32,000 bases of DNA from Candidatus Fokinia solitaria (GTDB taxonomy: Bacteria; Pseudomonadota; Alphaproteobacteria; Rickettsiales; Midichloriaceae). A program made the position numbers and the translations under genes. This document shows positions 27,044 through 32,000 of the stretch, piece after piece. Numbering within the stretch: the first letter of the stretch is position 1; each line of letters opens with the position of its first letter. The stretch is taken from assembly GCF_003072485.1 (NCBI RefSeq), contig NZ_CP025989.1, positions 180,001 through 212,000 of the forward strand. Direction: 5' to 3'. A model generated the notes under the pieces. The model ran no database searches. It saw only the letters and a list, made by a program, of their open reading frames with translations, and was not told the origin of the DNA.

Positions 27044-27823
27044 TTAGGAGGTGTGGCTTTTTTCGCTAACAGATATGATTTGTCTTGCAGATAGAGAACT
27101 GGTATTGCCATGGAGTCTTGTAATCTGCGATTTTGCACGTTGTAGTAGTACTGATAATTCGGTATCTTGTTTCTCTTCTAAGATCTGTAATAGAGAGGTA
27201 TCTACGTTTCTATGATGAAGGCGAGATTTTCTCAAATTTGCGTTAATTTCTATGATAAAAAATCGGTATAACACGTTTTGTAATTCATTTAGTAAAGTAT
27301 CGAGTTTTACGAGAGGATGTTCGAGATACAATGTAGTACGATGAAGTGAAAATTCTTGATGAAGATAGTGTAACGCTAGACGTAGCGTAATAGGATATAT
27401 CATATCTTCTAGTTGCTGAAGCAAGAATGGTTTGTCTAGAATAGCAGTAGTAAGTTTCTTCTTATCGATAATAGGCGGAAGTGGTGCATTTCTTTGCGTA
27501 AGTGCTTTTAGAGTTGCAAGTCTTTTTGTGAGATTGATTGATTGACCATGCTGTTTTTGTAATATGAAATCGTTGATATTTTCATCAGGGAATCGCTTCC
27601 ATGCTTCAAATATTGACTGATATACGTGAGATATCTGAATGTTATCACTTATAAGTACAGCCTGATCGCCGCAAAATGCAAGTACTTCTTCAACTAATAA
27701 AACTTGTAATACGATGTTCGAAAGCTCATCCATAGAATAACAGACGCCGCCTAAATCTCTAATAGACGATAGTATGGTACTCTTACCGCTACCAATTTTA
27801 CCTGTAATAACAGAAAGCTTCAT
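27044..27823 (-). CDS. coaE: dephospho-CoA kinase-like P-loop protein with internal insertion and C-terminal extension
   Basis: 259-aa ORF. The N-terminal LSVITGKIGSGKSTILSSIRDLGGVCYSMDELSN resembles the CoaE GLTGGIGSGKST..LG..VIDAD. IDKKKLTTAILDKPFLLQQLEDMIYP resembles CoaE IDR..L..VF.D......LE.I.HP. EHPLV and RKSRLHHRN fall at the expected positions. It is about 50-60 aa longer than typical CoaE. Confidence 0.55.
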   Translation of the reverse strand: MKLSVITGKIGSGKSTILSSIRDLGGVCYSMDELSNIVLQVLLVEEVLAFCGDQAVLISDNIQISHVYQSIFEAWKRFPDENINDFILQKQHGQSINLTKRLATLKALTQRNAPLPPIIDKKKLTTAILDKPFLLQQLEDMIYPITLRLALHYLHQEFSLHRTTLYLEHPLVKLDTLLNELQNVLYRFFIIEINANLRKSRLHHRNVDTSLLQILEEKQDTELSVLLQRAKSQITRLHGNTSSLSARQIISVSEKSHTS

Positions 27824-27885
27824 AAGGTACTACAGAAACAAGCAAATCAAGAACTACAATGCGTAGTTCAAAAAAGCTATAGCGC

Positions 27886-28068
27886 TTAACTTACCTTCTT
27901 TTTACAAATACTGGTAATCATAGTTTTTACTCTAGCGATGTCGCGTCTGACGAACTTATAGCCAGCAACATTCTTTGATAAACGCTTTGCTAGAAGTGTA
28001 CCTCTCAGTTCTAGTTCTATCTTCTTCAACTCTTCTAGAGTTTTACCATGTAGCTCGCTGAATTTCAT
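27886..28068 (-). CDS. rpmC: 50S ribosomal protein L29
   Basis: 60-aa ORF. ELHGKTLEELKK..L and RRDIARVKT match L29. It lies 10 nt downstream of rplP, as in the canonical order. Confidence 0.85.
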   Translation of the reverse strand: MKFSELHGKTLEELKKIELELRGTLLAKRLSKNVAGYKFVRRDIARVKTMITSICKKKVS

Positions 28069-28078
28069 ATAAATAATA

Positions 28079-28498
28079 TTAATTTACATTAAACATATGC
28101 TTGACAAATTTTGTCTTGATAGGCAGTCTTGCTTCTGCAGAGCTGAAGGCTGCCCGTGCCTGTTGTTCAGTAACTCCATCGAGTTCGAACAATACCTTAC
28201 CTGGCTTGACTCGACAGACCCAGTACTCTACACCACCTTTACCGCCGCCCATTCTTACCTCAGCTGGCTTCTTTGATACCGGAATATCAGGAAATATTCT
28301 TATCCATAACTTTCCAGCACGTTCAAGCTTCTTGTTTATTGCTACCCTTGCAGCTTCAATCTGTCTTGCTGTTATGCGCTCCGGTTCAAGCGCTTTCAAT
28401 CCGTACGAGCCAAAAGAAAGCTCAGTGCCGCTTGAAGCTGCACCTTTGATTTTTCCTTTAAATGCTTTACGAAATTTCGTTTTTTTAGGCGAAAACAT
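28079..28498 (-). CDS. rplP: 50S ribosomal protein L16
   Basis: 139-aa [64 protein letters not shown] and LPIKTKFV are near-collinear with E. coli L16. Confidence 0.95.
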   Translation of the reverse strand: MFSPKKTKFRKAFKGKIKGAASSGTELSFGSYGLKALEPERITARQIEAARVAINKKLERAGKLWIRIFPDIPVSKKPAEVRMGGGKGGVEYWVCRVKPGKVLFELDGVTEQQARAAFSSAEARLPIKTKFVKHMFNVN

Positions 28499-28577
28499 AT
28501 CTAAAAAAAAACACTACGAGTCTGATAATACGGGAAAAATTTTTGCAGTCAATCATCTTATGGCGTAATTAAAGCGT

Positions 28578-29405
28578 CTAACTCATGTTTGTGATATTCA
28601 TAATTTCCTTAAAGGTATCGCTTTGTCTATAGTATCCATCGTTAAAAACACATATTACATCTTTTCCGTTTCTCAACGTAAATCTATTTGCCACTCTTTC
28701 CACAACGACGTATCCATAACTGATTCTGTAATTTACCATAGCTTCTTCTAATTTATCATTTACTGCAAATATCGCAGGTATAGAACCATTCATTTCTTTA
28801 AATCTGAAATAAGTAAAATATCCATCGTCAAATATCAGTACTGGTTCTATCGACATTGCAATACCGCTTATCTGATATCTAAAGTTATAAAGAGAAGGTT
28901 TACTCAAATCCGGCGGGGTATCTACGCGCTGATGCATTGCGCCCGTTGTACTAGAAGATGCATTTGACGGAAAATCTGTTATAAGCTGCGCATAAACAAA
29001 CTTTGTTACAAACGCTATATTAGGATCATCTACTCCTTTAGCTTCTTCGGCATGCATTTCGAAAAAGTACATCCTCATATTGGTGATTACAGTCATGTTC
29101 GTTTCTGCATTATCATTAATAGGTTTGAGAAATATCCTATTACCTTCAGGATGTAACTGCCATCCACTTGAAATCCCCATCAATATAGTTTCGATTTTCT
29201 CATCAGGTGCAAATTCTATGATTGAATTATACAAGTAATGACCTACGAACTTTATTACAGAGTTCGGTTTATAGTGTATAAGCTTTATGCGCCCGTCTTT
29301 ATTAAGAGGCATTGGAGTGATATTTGCAGCGCTTGAGTACGAAAGTGAAAAAGCACTACATACTACTAATAGTGCAATAGTTTTCAGAAATTTCATGAGC
29401 TTCAC
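28578..29405 (-). CDS. virB9: type IV secretion system protein VirB9 (paralog 2)
   Basis: 275-aa ORF with a signal peptide (LLVVCSAFSLSYSSA). The core HYKPNSVIKF..SIIEF..WQLHPEGNRIFLKP..TNMTVITNMRMYFFEM and the C-terminal YNFRY..FTYFRF parallel the ORF at 24573-25316. Confidence 0.85.
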   Translation of the reverse strand: MKLMKFLKTIALLVVCSAFSLSYSSAANITPMPLNKDGRIKLIHYKPNSVIKFVGHYLYNSIIEFAPDEKIETILMGISSGWQLHPEGNRIFLKPINDNAETNMTVITNMRMYFFEMHAEEAKGVDDPNIAFVTKFVYAQLITDFPSNASSSTTGAMHQRVDTPPDLSKPSLYNFRYQISGIAMSIEPVLIFDDGYFTYFRFKEMNGSIPAIFAVNDKLEEAMVNYRISYGYVVVERVANRFTLRNGKDVICVFNDGYYRQSDTFKEIMNITNMS

Positions 29406-29456
29406 TAAGCTTGATTATATTGCGAGTATGATAAAGCCATATTATTACATTATCAA

Positions 29457-30332
29457 TTATGATTTAATTGCGAGATTATGCTGTAGCTTTGTTAATGTGA
29501 TTGCGTTTTTCATGAGGCATGCCACAGTCATAGGGCCAACTCCTCCAGGTACGGGAGAAATGAAGGATACTTTCTGATATAAATCATCAAAATCTACATC
29601 TCCGTATAGTTTAGAATTGTACCGTGTTATGCCTACATCTATCACGCATGCACCTTCCTTTATCATATGTGATTTGACAAAATGTTTCTTGCCAATTGCA
29701 GCGATTAATATATCGGCATTTTTTGTATGCTGTACTATATCCTTTGTATTACTGTGCAATATGCTGACCGTGCAGTTTTCGCGTAATAGCATATGACTCA
29801 ATGGTAATCCAACAATTTTCGATCTTCCTATGATTACCGCATTCATTCCTTGAATATTGCTGTGAAATAGCTTCTTTAGCATATATATTATACCTTGCGG
29901 AGTGCACGGTGATATATGAGATGTGCCGGATATGAGACCGCCGATATTGTATGTATTTAAAGCGTCGATATCTTTATGTGGCGATATCATATTAAGTAGC
30001 ATGTGAGAATCTTCCAGCATATGCTGCGGTAAAGGCATTTGTACTATTATACCGTTTACTTTAGAATTTTCGTTTACCTCAGATATAGTATCGGATAGTT
30101 GCTTCAATGAAGCATCTTCTCCAAATTTCAGTATATGAAATTCTATACCAAGTTCTTTTGCTTTAGCTTTTTTTATTCTGACATAAGTATCGCTGCTTGG
30201 ATTGTCACCTACCATTATAGCAGTGATGCAAGGTACGATATTAAGTTTTTTGAGATTACGTATTTCCTCTCTCAATAGCGTAAAAATTTCTTCTGCATAA
30301 CTAGTACCATTTATAATTTTCGAAGATTGCAT
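29457..30332 (-). CDS. folD: bifunctional methylenetetrahydrofolate dehydrogenase/methenyl-THF cyclohydrolase
   Basis: 291-aa ORF. VGDNPSSDTYVRIK, GIIVQMPLPQH, CTPQGI, VIIGRSKIVGLPLSHML and PVPGGVGPMTVACL are FolD motifs. Confidence 0.92.
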   Translation of the reverse strand: MQSSKIINGTSYAEEIFTLLREEIRNLKKLNIVPCITAIMVGDNPSSDTYVRIKKAKAKELGIEFHILKFGEDASLKQLSDTISEVNENSKVNGIIVQMPLPQHMLEDSHMLLNMISPHKDIDALNTYNIGGLISGTSHISPCTPQGIIYMLKKLFHSNIQGMNAVIIGRSKIVGLPLSHMLLRENCTVSILHSNTKDIVQHTKNADILIAAIGKKHFVKSHMIKEGACVIDVGITRYNSKLYGDVDFDDLYQKVSFISPVPGGVGPMTVACLMKNAITLTKLQHNLAIKS

Positions 30333-30562
30333 GTTAGTAACTTAAATCGTGTAGCATTGTAGAAAGACTTTACGAGAATTATAAAACTGATGATATCGTT
30401 ATACAACTGTAAGAGTTTTTGTTAATGTTTCTTTAATCATGAGAAAACTGCAATATCTCTAAAGTTTTGAGTAGCTGAAGTCCTATTATGACGGCTTCCT
30501 GGATCTTATTACTGCGTTTATAGAGTATCTATCACCTTCGATGCTCTTTTAGAAGAAAGTGG

Positions 30563-32000
30563 ATGTATAAGATGTTCAATCGTTTGTTAAATCGCATTAT
30601 ACGCGCTACTCTTGGTAAACATGTAGCGATGTTAAAGGCGCGCTTTATAGATCCGCTTATTAGTAATAGCGATAGAGACGATTTCATCCTTAGCTCTTCA
30701 TCTTCAAAAAAGTCTTCCGTCAGCTTACCGAAGGAAATAGAAATACCCGTAGTATATGGACGATGTAGAATGCAGTGTCATGTGATTTGGGCTGATAAAG
30801 TAGTTAGTATCAGAGATGAGGAGGATAGTAGTGGTTCATCGTACGTTTATGTAAAATCCTTTGCAGTAGGTATATGTAGAGGACCTATCTTTAATATCGG
30901 CCACATACTAGTTAACGGACAAAATATTGGTATTCAAAAAAATATAAGAATTAGAGTATACTACGGCACAGAAGACCAAACGGTAGATCCGCTGATAGCG
31001 ATGAGATTGCAGCACCTTTCTACACCTTATAAAGGGCTAGCTTATATTGTTATTCAAAACTTTCCAGCGTCTGACTATAGCCCCTCGATTAAAGTAGAAG
31101 CAGAAATCTCCGGTATATATGACGCAGAATACAGAAGGCGATATGCAATGGATGCTATAAATCTGATCGGTAATGGAGAATTTACATATGATACATTATC
31201 AAACACTCGATACCTTGAATGTCCCGAAGGAGCAGGTACTTGTCAGAGAAGAGATTATTTTCAGATAAATGAATATCATACTGCAGGATCAGCAGATGTA
31301 ATAGTATCTCTTCACGAGCTAAAACGTGCTATGCCAGGCATTAGATGGGTTTGTGTTACAGTATATTGGTTTGCTACTACATATGACATAAAGGATGCAG
31401 ATATAAGACCAGGAGTAGAATTCAGAGGTGATCATACTGCTACTAATCCAGTCACGTGGGTAGTATCTAAGTATACAAGAGATACTGCTGAGCTTATAAA
31501 AAAAGATGCAAATGGTAAATTAATATATACCGGTACAGCAGGTACTATATGCGTTGACAGAATAGTATCAACTTTGAAACAGAGAGGATATAAAGTTATG
31601 CTAAAGCCGATTTTGTTAGTGAATAGAGAAGATAAACCATGGAGTGGAAAGATGGTATGTAATGCATCTGATGTGAGTAATTTTTTTAATAAAGAGGAGG
31701 GTTACAATAACTTTATTACTCATTATGCGAGAGTGCATAGTGGCTTGCTCGACGCCTTTCTTATAGGTTCAGAGCTTGTAAGTCTTACATCATGTCGAGA
31801 TAATGATGGAAATTTTGTCGCAATAAAAGAGCTAAAAAAACTTGCAGATATAGTAAGGGTACTGATACCAGGTAATGTTATGGTGTCGTATGCAGCGCAT
31901 TGGTTAGAATATCATCATACTGATGGTGGATGGTATAATTTAGATCCATTGTGGAGCGACCCAAATATACACTTTATTGGTATAAATAATTACATGCCTC
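30563..32000 (+). CDS. GTA ORFg15-like host-specificity/tail protein homolog, N-terminal ~479 aa (3' end outside window)
   Basis: Not in the ORF track. Hand translation from ATG 30563 (or ATG 30572) gives MYKMFNRLLNRII..PVVYGRCRMQCHVIWADKV..YYGTEDQTVDPLI..TPYKGLAYIVIQNFPASDY..IRPGVEFRGD..VMLKPILLV..FLIGSELVSLT..YAAHWLEYHHTDGGWYNLDPLWSDPNIHFIGINNYMP.., open to the window end. YGRxRVxGxVIWA, YRGLAYVVF and the GTA TIM-barrel-like block (W.EYH...G....LDPLW....IDFIGID.YMP) are as I remember them from RcGTA g15 homologs. Confidence 0.75.
   Translation, partial: MYKMFNRLLNRIIRATLGKHVAMLKARFIDPLISNSDRDDFILSSSSSKKSSVSLPKEIEIPVVYGRCRMQCHVIWADKVVSIRDEEDSSGSSYVYVKSFAVGICRGPIFNIGHILVNGQNIGIQKNIRIRVYYGTEDQTVDPLIAMRLQHLSTPYKGLAYIVIQNFPASDYSPSIKVEAEISGIYDAEYRRRYAMDAINLIGNGEFTYDTLSNTRYLECPEGAGTCQRRDYFQINEYHTAGSADVIVSLHELKRAMPGIRWVCVTVYWFATTYDIKDADIRPGVEFRGDHTATNPVTWVVSKYTRDTAELIKKDANGKLIYTGTAGTICVDRIVSTLKQRGYKVMLKPILLVNREDKPWSGKMVCNASDVSNFFNKEEGYNNFITHYARVHSGLLDAFLIGSELVSLTSCRDNDGNFVAIKELKKLADIVRVLIPGNVMVSYAAHWLEYHHTDGGWYNLDPLWSDPNIHFIGINNYMP

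Noticed and set aside
28101-28568. A 155-aa + strand ORF, and similar shadow ORFs at 391-639, 9291-9629, 17159-17530, 8499-8747 and 29287-29577.
   Set aside because: All are antisense to strongly supported genes (rplP, plsX, hflK, uppS, and the virB9 paralog 2/folD region). They have no motifs and are typical shadow ORFs.

Overview
This is an AT-rich (about one-third G+C by eye, not computed), gene-dense window. It most likely comes from a reduced, host-associated alphaproteobacterium resembling Rickettsiales. The evidence is two VirB9 paralogs plus VirB10 (an rvh-like type IV secretion system, T4SS), an ankyrin-repeat protein, PccA/PccB, and a gene transfer agent (GTA) ORFg15 homolog. I call 34 protein genes, two of them cut by the window edges and hand-translated because they are not in the ORF track. 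I also call one tRNA-Leu(GAG), one 4.9-copy 124/133-bp tandem repeat array and one weak promoter candidate. Nearly all gene content is housekeeping: prfA, plsX, murG, rpsM-rpsK-rpoA, atpC, tsaC, hflK, an ABC ATPase/permease pair, ddl, birA, tsf, rsmE, coaD, pheS, uppS, a beta-carbonic anhydrase, obg, pccA, pccB, coaE-like, rplP-rpmC and folD. I see no recognisable mobile element, CRISPR array, defence island or complete novel multi-gene system, and I do not claim one. The unusual part is the architecture. Universally conserved operons are broken into pieces: rplP-rpmC sit alone beside a virB9 paralog, and rpsM-rpsK-rpoA lack rplQ. A tandem-repeat array with conserved hairpins begins at the rpoA stop codon inside the only large non-coding gap (1.33 kb). 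virB9-virB10 are uncoupled from virB8, virB11 and virD4. Two orphan ORFs split pccA from pccB. A lone GTA ORFg15-like gene sits at the right edge. Several enzymes (Ddl, BirA, AtpC, CoaE-like) appear by eye to have lost or altered canonical motifs. All homology statements come from motif recognition by eye, and no database search was run.
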